Notes: a model not told the origin generated them from the letters alone. Numbered from the whole stretch's first letter, positions 1-12,400 are shown. The stretch is DNA of 61,403 nucleotides, filler included, from Sphacelaria rigidula (GCA_964200075.2; 7 parts of 7 records of this genome joined end to end with filler, not necessarily neighbours in it); one strand, 5' to 3'. Numbers and translations: made by a program.

Positions 1-75
1 TCTTCCATACAATACACAAAAACCTTTTACATATCTTATGCCCGTCCTGTTTCGCCGTCTCTGGCCACCATCTAA

Positions 76-515
76 CACGGAATCTTACAAATTGGGGATG
101 GATCTTTTATTGGGGATGAGAAACCCGGAGAATTGAAATCTTCATATTCACACCAAATCTTCGAAATTTTGTTCCAATTTTTCACCTACTGATAGCTATT
201 GACAACTGCTACATGCCATAGAAATTTGGATTTCGAACACCGAAACGTTGGGGTCCTAGGTGAAAAACCAATTTTAGGGAATTCCGGGCGTCCGAACGGA
301 CGCCAAAATGGTTCCAAAATTGGTTTCTCACGTAGGACCCAAACATTTTGGTGATCGAAATCCAAATTTCTATGGCATGTAGCAGTTATCAATAGCTATC
401 AGTAGGTGAAAAAATGGAACTACATTCCGAAGATTTGATGTGGATACGAAGATTTTAATTCTCCGGGTTCCTCATCCCCAATAAATGATCCATCCCCAAT
501 TTGTAAGGTCCCGTG
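76..515. mobile_element. Foldback (hairpin) MITE, ~440 bp, almost wholly palindromic
   Basis: Left end CACGGAATCTTACAAATTGGGGATGGATC is the near reverse complement of right end GATCCATCCCCAATTTGTAAGGTCCCGTG. Arms pair for ~200 bp inward to a centre near 290-305. No coding capacity; TSD unclear. Confidence 0.85.
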
Positions 516-1927
516 CTATCTATCTCCTAACTGCCGGGGGGATAATAATCAGCATCTGTCAATACTAAAAAATCTTCCGCACCAGCCAAAAGACACGGCC
601 AAATAGAATATCAAGGCGGGCAAGAAGTGGCCCATTGGCTGTGTAAAGTATTGCCCTGCGTCCTAGTTTTCCACTCATGCCAAACTTGGGGGGGGGGGAT
701 CGGGAGATTCCAAATTCAAGCAATATATAACCGCTACGAAGTCAGAGCTCTCAAAGGGTTTTTTGGCGCACGTCCAGAGTATGTGACTGGTTTCGGAGTT
801 AAGGACGTACACTACTTCCGACGTACTGGTATGAGTTGACCGCGAGTGAGAAAGATCAAATTAATGTCATGACGAAAAGACAGTGAAGCTGCGGAATTTT
901 GGAGTCTCCTCGTGACCATGTCGCACCCTACAGAGAAAATATAGGGGAACATCAATTCACCTACCGAGTTCTCTATTTTACATGGGATCTCTCATGTACG
1001 TAATCTAGCTGCTTCCAAAACTCCCTAGTTGCTTCACTTCATGGTGGATTTTTTTGCCAGTGGGTGAATTATTGTAGTATTGAATAAGGCCAAGAAGGGA
1101 GATAGATGAGCGGGCAGGAAATGAGAAGTGTGCCGTCCCTTGCGGCACGTGGTGTACCTCCTTAGTCTGCACGAACAATTCTGTTGCTGAATAATAAAAG
1201 ATGATACCACCACGCAGGGAGGCCATAGTGCCGTATCAATGGACCCTTGCTGGACCAGCCGCTAGCCGTTGACATGGTGAGGATCGTTCCTGTTTTTTAT
1301 TCTTGACGTTGGATTTTCAACTTCAGATACTCGGTGTTCAACGGTTCCCCAGTATACGATGCATATAAAAGTGTGGAGGTCCCCCTTTTTAAGGGGAGAA
1401 ACGGGGAACGATGCAATTTTTCACTGAAAGCACCTTCGATCACACATGCCGTGCAAAACATTAAGTCCAAGTTTTAAGATATAGAAAGAGAAGGTTGGTG
1501 AGGGAATGGCTTACACCTACCAACATGTTTCCAAAACGGGAAAATCTCGTACGTCATGCCGCTCTAGCCTGCCACATCCGGCGAACTGGTGGGAATCCTG
1601 CGAATCCCCACGTTTCGGGAATTGCCGAAATCAAGACCGAATTCTCGTCGCATCTGCTCATGTGCCGAATTCAAGGATTGAAACACGGCGTATTGTTCCC
1701 ATGTGGAAGGGCCTCTTTGCTGTTTGTTTGGGATGATGCATGAGTGGATAGTGCGCAGTTTACGTCAAAATAATAAAAAACTACGAATAGTTCTCGATCT
1801 GATTTGAAAGGAATCAGAGAACCTCCTGGTCTCGAATGCAACAATGTTTTCGTGAGATTGATGGTCTAGCGTTGGTTGAGATTGAGTTTTATTTGTCGAT
1901 CTAACTCGGCTCTGGAGACCACACATG

Positions 1928-2223
1928 ACAATGTTTTCGTGAGATTGAGAGTAGAGGGTACGATTGAGAGTGAAAAGCGGTCAATTAGTAAACGAATCGT
2001 TTCGGTTCCGAAATGCTCCTCCACGAGGCCCGATATCCTTTCTGTAGTAGCTCGCCACTGAGGCCCTTGATATCCCTGAGTAGGACATCGACGTGTAGCT
2101 GTAAGCACACGCCAGTGATGAAGGCAAAGAAAAGCACGCACAAAAAAAAATGGCTACGTTAAGGCGAACGATCAAAGCCACTCTAAATCAGCGCTTGACT
2201 CTCTATCTCACGAAAACGGTGTT
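1928..2223. mobile_element. ~295-bp MITE, family with ACAAYGTTTTCGTGAGA termini (copy 1)
   Basis: Ends ACAATGTTTTCGTGAGATTGAGAG and CTCTCTATCTCACGAAAACGGTGT. Homologous along its length to the inverted copy at 3194-3492. An extra orphan end lies at 1841. Confidence 0.75.
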
Positions 2224-2677
2224 ATATATATGAGCGTAATTAACACCAGGATACACATGTAAACCGGAGAGACTGTCTCAGGAACGGGGGCCGCCAGTGA
2301 CATTCATGAGTGGACGCGGAACGTTCAAACCTGTGAAACTGGATCTTTGTCAACCTAGGCAACGGGGTCTCCGATAGAGGGAGCCCGGAATCATAGAGCC
2401 ACCGCATGAACCCTGGTTGACCGTTGGCGGTACTACCGCACCGGCTCAGTCGATTGTTCATCTTGCCTACTACTGGTCACGGCGAAACCCTTGCCCTCAA
2501 CGACAAGAGAGAAAATCACGCCTCGCTTCGGAGATATTTCGGCAGCAGGGCACGACAACCTTGTTCTTCGGAAGCCGTTACTCTACTGCCTCACCCCTAG
2601 CGAAGCCCAGGTCACGTTGTCAATGTTTCATCATATATATATATATATATGTGTGCTTGTCTCTGACTGTAACACTG

Positions 2678-2872
2678 TCGAGTGCTTCCGGCTACACGTC
2701 AATATCCTACTCAGGCATTTCAAAAGCTTCAGCGGCAAGCTACTACAAAAAGCGTATCGGGCGTCGTCAAAGGCCCGGAGGGTCATGTCGGAACTGAAAT
2801 GATGTCATTCATTAATTGAACGCTTCTCTCTTTCGATCATATCCTAGACTCTGAATCTCACGAAACCATTGG
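2678..2872. mobile_element. Truncated copy of the ACAAYGTTTTCGTGAGA MITE family
   Basis: GCTACACGTCAATATCCTACTCAGG...GAATCTCACGAAACCATTGG aligns by eye with 3320-3492. Confidence 0.65.
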
Positions 2873-2920
2873 TATACCTTGTTTTACGCTCTAAACGAGG
2901 GACATATCACTTCTTTTGTT

Positions 2921-3151
2921 CCGGTGTAATGCGTAAGAGGACCGCGTGCTTAGAGGACCGCGCCGTCGTTCAAAATACCTCAGGATCGACGTTTTTCAAA
3001 ACCAATCGGATCAGTCCCTCCAGGTACCACGCCCCTGGCCCTAGCCCCAACACTAACCCTAACCCTAACCCTAACCCTAACCCTAACTATAGGGGTGTTC
3101 AAATTCCGATGCGGTCCTCTAAGCACGCGGTCCTCTCGCGCATTACACCGG
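2921..3151. mobile_element. MITE with ~41-bp TIRs and internal telomere-like (CCCTAA)5 tract (copy 1)
   Basis: TIRs CCGGTGTAATGCGTAAGAGGACCGCGTGCTTAGAGGACCGC and GCGGTCCTCTAAGCACGCGGTCCTCTCGCGCATTACACCGG. Five perfect CCCTAA at 3057-3086, preceded by degenerate units. Second copy at 46798-47021. Confidence 0.85.
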
Positions 3152-3193
3152 TTCGAGGATTCTCATCCGGTGTGCGTCCACCTATCAGTGTAA

Positions 3194-3492
3194 ACAACGT
3201 TTGCGTGAGACTGAGAGTAGATCGCTGATTGAGAGTGGCTTTGGTCATTCGCTTTAACCTTGCCAATTTTTCATCCCGTGTGTGCTTTTCTTCACCTCTA
3301 TCACTGGCGTGTGCTCACAGCTACACGCCGATATCCTACTCAGGGATATCAAGGATCTCAGCGACGAGCTACTACAGAAAGCGTACCGGGTCTCGTGGAT
3401 GGGCATTCCGGAACGGAAACCACTCATTCACTAATTGAACGCTTTTCACTCTCAATCGTATCCTCTACACCCAATCTCACGAAAACTTTTGT
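3194..3492. mobile_element. MITE, ACAAYGTTTTCGTGAGA family (inverted copy 2)
   Basis: Starts ACAACGTTTGCGTGAGACTGAGAG and ends CAATCTCACGAAAACTTTTGT; reverse-complement homolog of 1928-2223. Confidence 0.75.
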
Positions 3493-5590
3493 TTGTTGCA
3501 AACGTCAATCATATTTTTTGCCCAGAGTAGCTCCTACAATGTGGTGCGCGTTCAAATACCTTGCTCCTACAATCGAGCGACTGCTTGGTGTTTCGCGCTA
3601 TCCTACACTATAGCCAGTGCACCGTTTGTATGCAGGACGCGTACTCGGCTTCACGATTGATTCCTGCAGATAAATTCCCCCTCGAACTTACGGCATGCCT
3701 GACGGCTACCCCATTCAAATCACTTTGTGTTGTTGTCATCCCTGTTTCGATCGCGTTAGGTGAAATTCCATGGGTGTGTTGGGTAGCGTACATGCCCGGA
3801 TATTTACTCTCCCGAATTTTACGTTGCGGTGGTCCAATCTCTAAACTCTACGCGAATATTGGATAGGGTTAGGTACGATCGTACGATCATTCTGATCGCT
3901 TTGTTTTCCCGTTTTGGGTTTCGCACTTATTCTGTCTTGGACTTTTTTTAGCGAGTGTTTCCGTATGTATTTCTTCCGTAACACTATCCCGTGACCACGC
4001 CCTGGTTCGAGACGGGTTAGGAAATGCGCGAATACCAACCAAATCACTTCACTCAATCACTCAATGAATCGACCGGCCATGTCATTCTTTTTAATGAGTT
4101 CTACAAACGGTTCTCAGCGTCGAGATTGTCATTTTCCTCGAGAACAGGGACATCTTTATCTAAAAAAATATCCAAGTGGTGCACAGCGTCTCAGGCGACT
4201 TCTTTGCGCAGAAGGAGAACAACAGACGCGCTGTATCACCTTCTCAAAACTGAACTCCCGGCACACTTCGGTGGGTTTCGATCACTTTGATTTCGAGACG
4301 AGAAGTATCAGGCTTCAGATCGACTTGCTTACCGCGGGAATTGTACTGCGGAATATTGCAGGGCGCGGAATTTCAAGGTAGAACCGGACAGACTTGCGAA
4401 TCCCACCGCCGTACCTCACCGCGGTATCACGAGATTTCACTTCCTATTTACAGTCGGAACCCGTATTGTGGTTGATTGATTGATTGACCATCTCACATTA
4501 GCTGATTGCAACAATTCAGCCCGTGATCAGGAGCAGCAAAAAAACCCAGAATAATAGAGCTTCGGAAAACGCTTTTTTGCCATTTCAGAGTGCAAATATT
4601 TCAGGATCAGAGTGCAAAATAAAAAATGAAAGACCTCATCGGGAAAACGTCAAGGGGATACCACGTTTGACGGAGGATGAAATAATATTTCGTTGCACTC
4701 AGATCCTGAGATATTGTCACTCGGAAATGACAGAAAAACGTTTTTCCGAAACTCTCTATGAGAAAAAGTAAGGAAAAAGACATAAAAAGACAAAAGCAAC
4801 GGCCTCACTGTGAAATTCTTTTATTGTACCGAACGATGCCGCAGATTATCGGTACCACCCCTTACGGTACCTTGAAGGCAAAATAGCGTACAACGAAACT
4901 ACCCTTATGCAGCGGCTGAAGGCAAAATTGCGTACCGCGAAACTACCGTAACGCAGCGATATCGTTCACAGAAGTCATGAAGTGCCAGATAAGTAAGAGG
5001 CGTTTGTGTCGCGCAGGCGAGCGAGCGCACAGGCACACACCTTTTGCCTTTAGGGTCCCGCACCTGGTAACATGTTACATCAAGACGTTTTCTTCTTTGG
5101 AAATTGTTTCGTTTCGTTTAGGAATGAGATCGCCGCTTTGACGGAGCAAGAATATGCGGACAAATATCATGGCCGCATGAAGACATACTGTACATGCACA
5201 CAGCGGATGTGAGGCGCTGGGTTGGTACTCACGGTACAAATAAAACTTCGACCAGTTGTATGTCGCGGCACATACCGAACATGCAAAGCGTGTACCGCGG
5301 GGGAATTAGGCTCATCCCTTGAGATCACAGACTCGCCCCGAATCAGGTGGGTAGTGGCAAGTGTGCAAGAAAAAACAAAATTCACCACCCCCGCTCCCGG
5401 GTTTCATCAGTGAGACAGCCAGCTCCACAACGCATCGGTGGTTGGTGCCGCGCGCCCACGTGCCGACACCGACCTGCGGCTGCGGGGGGGGATCACTCTG
5501 CAACCGCACGTTCTTTCCCTGGAGCAGCTTCGCCTGACCTGAGCTCTGACCTTGTGTTGTGTGGGCTGTCATTCCATCGATCATCCCAGA

Positions 5591-5886
5591 TGCCAGTCTA
5601 AATCTTTCGGTACATGTGGATGCATCAGCCGGGGTCACACAGGAGGAGGGTCAATACAGGAGCTTTTTCTTTTTTGTCTCAGTACTCGGTCTTCCTTCTG
5701 CGGAGCTCGCTTTTTATTTTTCATTACGATAAGGGTTCAGCGGTCCCTTCCCCTCGTCAACCATGGCGTCGAACTGTGTGTACCCACGACATAGTCGCTC
5801 TCCGTTGTTGAGCAAAATGTGAGAAACGTAACCCGCGTTCAAACCGTCAGAGGGTGTCAAGGATACTGACTGAGCCATCGAGGCGA
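5591..5886 (-). mobile_element. tRNA-derived SINE, family A (diverged copy)
   Basis: Reverse complement matches 13348-13670, e.g. AGCCGGGGTCACACAGGAGGA and GTGTACCCAC. A-box-like TGGCTCAGTCAG at the 5' end on the minus strand. Confidence 0.7.
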
Positions 5887-7118
5887 CATGGCGTCACGTG
5901 AACTGCGAATATCCAAGCTATAATGTCTGACTCATGCCTGACGGTGATGCTTTGTTTTCTCGCCTTTCCCACATATTTTCGTAACTCATAGTTCCTTAGC
6001 TACCGGATCTGGATGGAGGGTTGTGATTCATAGTTTGCAGTTCATTTTGTAGGTTACCGCGAACGTACGTTCAATTGTACGGACGCATGACTTCCGCATG
6101 GCAATATACGGTGCAGGACAGTAGACTTGCGCGTGGGGCGCCGACAACGGTGACTTAACGTGGTATTGCATGATACCGAGGTTTCCGATTTATGGCATCG
6201 GCACCGTAGTCGTTCGGCCCCATACCTTGTTTGCTGTTTGTTCTACTGGAGTACTATTTTGTTCTCTTTTTTGTTCTTCGTTTCTTCGTCTACTCTGTCT
6301 GTTTTCCCGTTGTTTTCCTCACTTTTCTTCGGCGAGTATTTCTATTTTGTTTTATTTGGGGTGAGTTTATCATGTGATCCCTGGGTGATCACTTAAACGA
6401 GACGACTGAACACCGCACCGCAGGCGCTTGAAGAAAACCCACATAACATGGTACCGTTCGATACCGCGAGGCGCAATATACGAACTATTACCGTGCGCCC
6501 TTCCCGCACCACACGCTATATCAAGTAGTGACACCGCAGAAGCCAAACCTATGTTGTACAATCATTTCTCGAATATCGCTTCCGAGATAAGGTCTAGAAG
6601 ATGTTTGCGCACAAGTCTGTGGGATATATTAGTGGGTTTGGCCAAAAAGTCGAATTGTTTCGAAATAAAGCCGCCAGGAGTGTGTTGGAATCCTCGCACG
6701 AAGCAGCGTAGAAGGCTACTCATTTGAGAAGGTCTTGATGTTTACAGTCGGCATCTCTTGAGACGAAAAACGTCGCCGAAGGGCTGAAGTCGGGAATGCG
6801 GGGTTATTCTTTGTTCATACCAACCACTCTATTCCTGAGCGAAGAAGAATCATTGCGTGAATTTCTCAACGCTGAGAATATTAAATGTATATATATATGC
6901 TGGCCGATTGGGTTCAGCTTCAGCCCAAGCGAAGCCGCTAATGTTGTTACGCTGGGCGATTGCCTACCCTGGTTCACAGCATGTGTGGGCGTTCAGAGTG
7001 TACATACGGGACAGAAATATATGGAGACACTTGGCCAATGCTTGATCGGCAATTAATAAAATGAAGTACAATACTCGTACAGCGACCCCTTCACGTACAT
7101 GACACGAGAATATGCAAG

Positions 7119-7535
7119 AGCCTGGATCCGATTTTGAGGTTCAGCATTTTAATGAGTTTTAACTCGAAAACAGTGCTTTCCCTGACCTAAAGTCATGACC
7201 AATGAAATCATATGGACGACCTCATGCCCCCCGACCTCCTTAAAACTATTTTCGGGGGTTGCTTGTCTTCTGTGCCCCCAAAGTGTATATGCGAAAGCAC
7301 CAATTTCGGCCTAAAAACTTTTCCTTTTTCGCCCCGATATCGAGGCGAAAAGGTGTTTTCGACCATAGGCTTTGGGGGCACGGAAGGCGGGCAACCTCCA
7401 AACATAGTTTTAAGGAGGTCGGAGAGCATGAGGTCGTCCATGTGAAGTTCATTGATCATGACTTTAGGTCAGGGAAAGCACTGTTTTCGAGTTGAAACTC
7501 ATTAAAATGCTGAACCTCAAAAACGGATCCAGGCT
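7119..7535. mobile_element. Foldback (hairpin) MITE, 417 bp
   Basis: AGCCTGGATCCGATTTTGAGGTTCAGCATTTTAATGAG pairs with CTCATTAAAATGCTGAACCTCAAAAACGGATCCAGGCT; arms pair for ~165-180 bp. Confidence 0.88.
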
Positions 7536-7614
7536 GTTGTGCCGCAAAAACCTAGATCCTGGCTCGCCCAGTATTGTTGCATATTACCTTCCGGATATCA
7601 TCATTTGCCGCCAC

Positions 7615-7925
7615 GCCCCGGTGGTGTAATAGTTCGACTGACGCCATTAGGGTGGAGCGAACGGCGGTTCGATCCCCGATGCGTTGGGTTTCCCTTCGTA
7701 ATGTCTGATTTCCACCGTGGAAAGCGTGAGAACGTGAGTACCCAAAGTAGTCGACTGGGTTCGTGTGACGTGAGTTGACGCGGTGCGGGAGTGCTGGTAG
7801 TCATGATCCAATCCGCGAGACCAACATGCAAGGCGCGCACCGGGGGAGAGATGGGTTGATCCCTTGAGACCACGGACTCATCCCAAGGAATGGGAGGGAT
7901 TCAAAGTGTGAGTGAAATTAAATGA
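7615..7925 (+). mobile_element. tRNA-derived SINE, family B
   Basis: Head GCCCCGGTGGTGTAATAG (A-box-like) and GGTTCGATCCCC (B box, 7666-7677). Homologous interrupted copy at 60751-61355. Related 3' half (CCCTTGAGA-CAC-GACTC) at ~5290-5375. Confidence 0.6.
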
Positions 7926-8043
7926 ATCATCGTAATGGTCTCCCATTTACGTGTTGAACGATTATCTGCGTAGCCATTTCTATCAGCGGCTTTTAGTAGA
8001 ACGCTTCGCATTCTTGGGGATATGAAGACAGATGTGCTATGAA

Positions 8044-8628
8044 CGGTCGATCATCAAATTGAGGCTGGAAGCTTTTCGTTGAGGATGAGGAAGCCCCGGG
8101 ACGTTGCACGGAAAGTGCTCATACAGTAGTTTCACGAAAATACTTCGGTAGTTCTTGGATAAAAATGAGAGTTTGGCAAAAACAAGTGCGGCCACTGGAA
8201 AACTCGAAGATGTCCTGAAGCCGGCTCGAGTTTATTTTGATACGACGGACCGGCCGAAACTCAAAAGCCGGCGTGACCCCTCTTCACCATTGTTTACAAT
8301 CCAACTCACCGCTGATCATAGCTGTTTAAATTATTTCGTATCGAAATCGGCAGCTGAAAAACATTGTTGCATTTGTATTAGGTCAAACCTGTACTCCAGG
8401 TTAAAAAAGGCACTTTGGTTTGTTTGAAATTTAAATTCAGGTCCTGACCTGCATTTGTATTAAAAGAAATCCCGACCACCAGGTATGGGTGAGACAACCA
8501 TTTGAGCGATCCGGTTGGATCCTAAAAACTTGATTCTCACTCTCCTGCTCCTTTTATGTTAACCATTGGGGACCGGTTCGGGGGGAAATATGTATGGGCA
8601 CTTTCCGCATGCCGTTCCGGGGCTTCCT
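8044..8628. mobile_element. TIR-bounded non-autonomous element whose ends resemble the 76-515 element
   Basis: AGGAAGCCCCGGGACGTTGCACGGAAAGTGCTCATAC (8088-8124) is inverted relative to GTATGGGCACTTTCCGCATGCCGTTCCGGGGCTTCCT (8592-8628). Another related end starts at 8634 and is cut by the contig edge. Confidence 0.55.
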
Positions 8629-8688
8629 TATAACAGCCGATCATCTATGTTGAGGATGGTGCTTTTCATTGAGGATGAGAACCCGGAG

Positions 8689-8788
8689 NNNNNNNNNNNN
8701 NNNNNNNNNNNNNNNNNNNNNNNNNNNNNNNNTTAATTAATTAANNNNNNNNNNNNNNNNNNNNNNNNNNNNNNNNNNNNNNNNNNNN
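8689..8788. other. Artificial contig-joining linker (44N + TTAATTAATTAA + 44N)
   Basis: Identical 100-bp spacer with a six-frame stop core, repeated every 8786 bp. Confidence 0.98.
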
Positions 8789-9328
8789 TTGACCATTGGC
8801 CACGCATCCCTTTCGAGACGGAGCACCGTTCCTACTCCTAGGGGGGGGGGGGGAGGCGTACTCATTTGTTGCTTGCCTTAGTCGTTCGACCATTAGGGGG
8901 GGGGATCACTCGACTGTGCATTCGTACAATTTCGATTCGTTGTCGAGCACTGCTGTAGATCCGTACTCCCGCCTAGGGTGTCGGCCTTGATCGAATTCTA
9001 TTATGTCTTTGCGAAAACATCTTCGTTCTCACTTTGCCGGACGAGGGGGGGAAGCAATAAAAACGCTGTCGGCAGTGTGTACATACGCAACTGTCTAGAT
9101 CGATTCGATCCACAGAAATACATCTGTCTAACCCGTTATAACTAGCAATGTTGTGTTACCCGTTTGGCCCCCTGACCAACCGGAACGCAGCGGAATTTTG
9201 CTCCAAGTTGTCTTTTTCGTGTGTGTATATATTGTAAATTGCAAAAACATTTCCGACAACGGGATGTATCGTGTTTGCCCGACGTTTTTTCCCATTTTAT
9301 TTACAAACAAAAATAAAACTCGAATCAG

Positions 9329-10600
9329 GCGTCTTCTTCCGTCGGCCGGACCGACGGGGGTACAGGGAGCGGCGCCGCGAAGCGTCCACGTACCGTAGCT
9401 TCCATCTTCGATCGCCCTTCTCGGCCTTCGGGAACCGGCGGCGGCGGCGCGGACGGATGCGATACAGCTGCACGGCACCGAGACGACCGCAGGTGTTACT
9501 GGAAAGCTGTACCTGCGCCTTTTCCTGTCTGCAGGCACCACCACGGTTCAGCGTCGTTCGTGAAGGTACAGCCGACGATAGTGGTGGTCGAGGAGGGTCC
9601 GCAGGGGAAAGACGACATGCCACCGCTGTCTGGTAGCAGCGATGACAATGGGGCAGCGGTGGCGGTGGCGGTGGCGGCGGCGGCGGCTGTAGAATCAACT
9701 CCGCCCTTGTCAGGCGACCCGTCCGGTACGCCGCGAGTGAAGTCAGGGGAACCGGCGAAAAATGACGACGGCAGCAATGAGGGAGGTGTTGTGGGCACTC
9801 CTGCGTGCTTGGCGTGCTCATCCATAGACGGAGATCGGGTGCTGAGGTTGCTGAGCTCCAGGCCTCCCGCCGGTGGGTTACCGGCCCTACCGTCGCGCGC
9901 CCGCGCAGACAACGGCACGTTGGCAAAAGACAGGCTGGGGAGGCAACGGCATGAAGCGGGGGGTATCCAAGAAAAGGGTGAGGGTGCCCTAGAAAACACC
10001 GGGACTGGGGGACACAAGGAGGACGGGGGTCGAGGAGGAAAACAGGGAGGGCAGGCAGCAGCAGCAGCAGCAGCAGCAGGCGGAGCAAAGGTGACTCGTT
10101 CGTCCGATCCTACGCCTGAGGAAGCGAAGGCCTGGGAACTCGCCGTGGGTGCCATGGCGGAGTCGCGGCGACAGCGGGTGAAGACTGCAAGCTGTGTCGC
10201 CGGAGGTTCGGTCATCTCCGCCGGTGCTGTGTCTGGCGCTGGTGCTGTCTCCGATGCTGCAATAGGAGCTGCGGGCAGCGGTGGATTCTCCCTTCCGTCC
10301 CCTGCGACTCTCTTGTTTGCCGGGGGGTCACCAGCGCTCGTGGACGGTGGGGTAGGCCGTGTTGAGAAGGATATCACCCACGGGGCAAATGCTTCGGCGC
10401 ACGCTACTACCGTCGGGGCTGAGAAAGTAGTGACGGTGGTTGACGGGAATGGCGCCAACCGGGCGGCGGCAGACCTCATGGATGTATCTGACAGGGGGGA
10501 ATGTGACGGTTCGCCGATGGCAAGCACGGTGAAAGCAACGACCACGACGCGCAGGCGATTGGGGGGCATGATGGACGGCGTAGAAGAGACAGAGAGAAAG
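9329..10600 (+). CDS. ATAD5: ATAD5/Elg1-like gene, large low-complexity internal exon
   Basis: Open frame from acceptor AATCAG|GCG to donor AAG|GTCGGT (phase 0-0), GC-rich and Ala/Gly-rich. Assignment to this gene rests on phase compatibility with the downstream exons. Confidence 0.65.
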
Positions 10601-11338
10601 GTCGGTATTTTTTTTTGTTTTTCCCCTCATTTCTCATATGTCGTGCTTTTTTCACCCCCCCTCCCTCCCCTTTCACTTCCTCCAGACGAGCCCATAGCCT
10701 CAAAAGGATCAACTGGTCACTATGGTACCCCGGTACCTACCTTGCTTCTTGTTTTCGAGTATTGAATCATCACTGTACGTAGTACTACTGCAGCTTTTTC
10801 ACTTTCGTCGGCGTCTTGTCCTCAACCCTCGTTCGTTCTCCTGTATTCGGGACTGGTACCCACAGGATCCACCCAAATTAGTCATGCTCCAGGTCGATCA
10901 CAGGGGTGCACCGCAGGAATGAAAGGGACTTTGAGATGAAAAGGGTTCTGCAGTGTACGCGTGATTGATATATGTATTCCTTCAGCGAGTCTGTCCGTTT
11001 CGTTCTGGTCTCGGGTACTTGTATCGTGTAGATGATGACCACGGCTGGATCATGACTCCTGAGTGATCGGTTAATGTGCGACAATCAAGCAGATCAATCA
11101 ATACATACATATATATATATATACATATACTCGGTGTAAGCTTATTCCGTTGTTTTTCTCTCTTTCATTTCAATTCGAGCTAAGTAGTTTCCTTCAGCGA
11201 GTGTTTTCCTCGGGTTTTTTTTTGCCGTGAGTTTCATGACGCTTTTCTTGTAACCCATGACCGAAACTCGTAGCGGACCAGTTTGTGGTGGACACTCGAT
11301 CAATCAATCTATCAAACCACCCTCCACGGGTATCACAG

Positions 11339-11536
11339 GAGGACCCCAGGAGTTCCGCCAGCGCTATAGATATCGAGGCGATGGCGGCGGACAGGGCAGG
11401 GGCGCCCGCTGCGTCTGCAGGATTGACACTCCCGGAGAATGACACGGGGGCGACGAAGCCCGGGCGTAGGGAGAGACTGATGAAGACGGCGCGGGCACGG
11501 AGGGCGCAGGCTCCTGGTGACGCCTTGTGGACAGAG
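11339..11536 (+). CDS. ATAD5: ATAD5/Elg1-like gene, exon ending DALWTE
   Basis: CACAG|GAG...GAG|GTTAGT, 66 codons. Splices to VYRP, giving the RFC-family LWTE(K/V)YRP motif. Confidence 0.85.
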
Positions 11537-12210
11537 GTTAGTTGGAGAAGATTTTCTCCCCTCCTCCACCCCCCTACGAATGTTCGTCGGTGAGGGCGTT
11601 ATTATTATTTTAAACATAAAGATGTCGGATGCAGTACACTTTCCAGTACACGACAAGATGTTATTTTCTGCGAACCTCAATGTATATATACGTAACATAC
11701 GCAACACACATATTGCTGTCCGTCGATTTGAAGTATTGCTTCTTCGGCCCGTCATGAGATTGAAAAGTCGCCCAAGCTTCGACGTTCGTGTCTCGTCTTG
11801 TGATAGTTTGGCTTTGCAAGAAACACGAGCAACAACGACTCCCGCTTTTTCATGGACGACTTTTTCCGGATGAACTTTCAGTCGGGCAGGTCTCGTCAGG
11901 ATTTTTGGCTAAACCTCTCCCCCCCCCCCGCTTAAAAAAGTAACAACTAATAATGGTTGAGTGGTGATGAGCTTTCCACCTGAATTCCGTCCGCGTCGTC
12001 TGAAAGGCTGTTCTTTTCGGGTTTTTTTCTGGTTACAGTACAGTTGCCGATCGTGTGAGATTTAAGGGTCATCTCATTTTTTTTCTTTCTATAAGTATCA
12101 ACCATCACAGCAGTCGGCAGTTTTTTTTTGCGAACGTTGAAGGCCAAGTGAACTTTCCACACTTGGGACGGCTCATGATGCGTCCAAATGAACCAATCGA
12201 ATAGGACTGA

Positions 12211-12400
12211 GGCCGTGTCTTATCGAATTGTTTTTGACTCGAAAACGTACGGTGGAATCAAATTTGCTCGTACCTGATACGTCCACGGCATTCATGTTCT
12301 CAACCATCTCAGAAAATTAGTAGCGTGGACGAATCAGACACGAGCGAATTCGATTCGACCGAGCGTTTTTGACACCAAAACAATTTGATAGGACACGGCC
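12211..12400. mobile_element. PIF/Harbinger (Tourist)-like MITE in ATAD5 intron
   Basis: TIRs GGCCGTGTCTTATCGAATTGTTTT and AAAACAATTTGATAGGACACGGCC; flanks TGA and TAA resemble a 3-bp TNA duplication. Confidence 0.7.

Noticed and set aside
3051..3086. True chromosome end
   Set aside because: The tract is short, internal and enclosed by TIRs.
9297..10569. Long minus-strand ORFs (263 and 357 aa)
   Set aside because: They are antisense shadows of the GC-rich ATAD5 exon, with no motifs.
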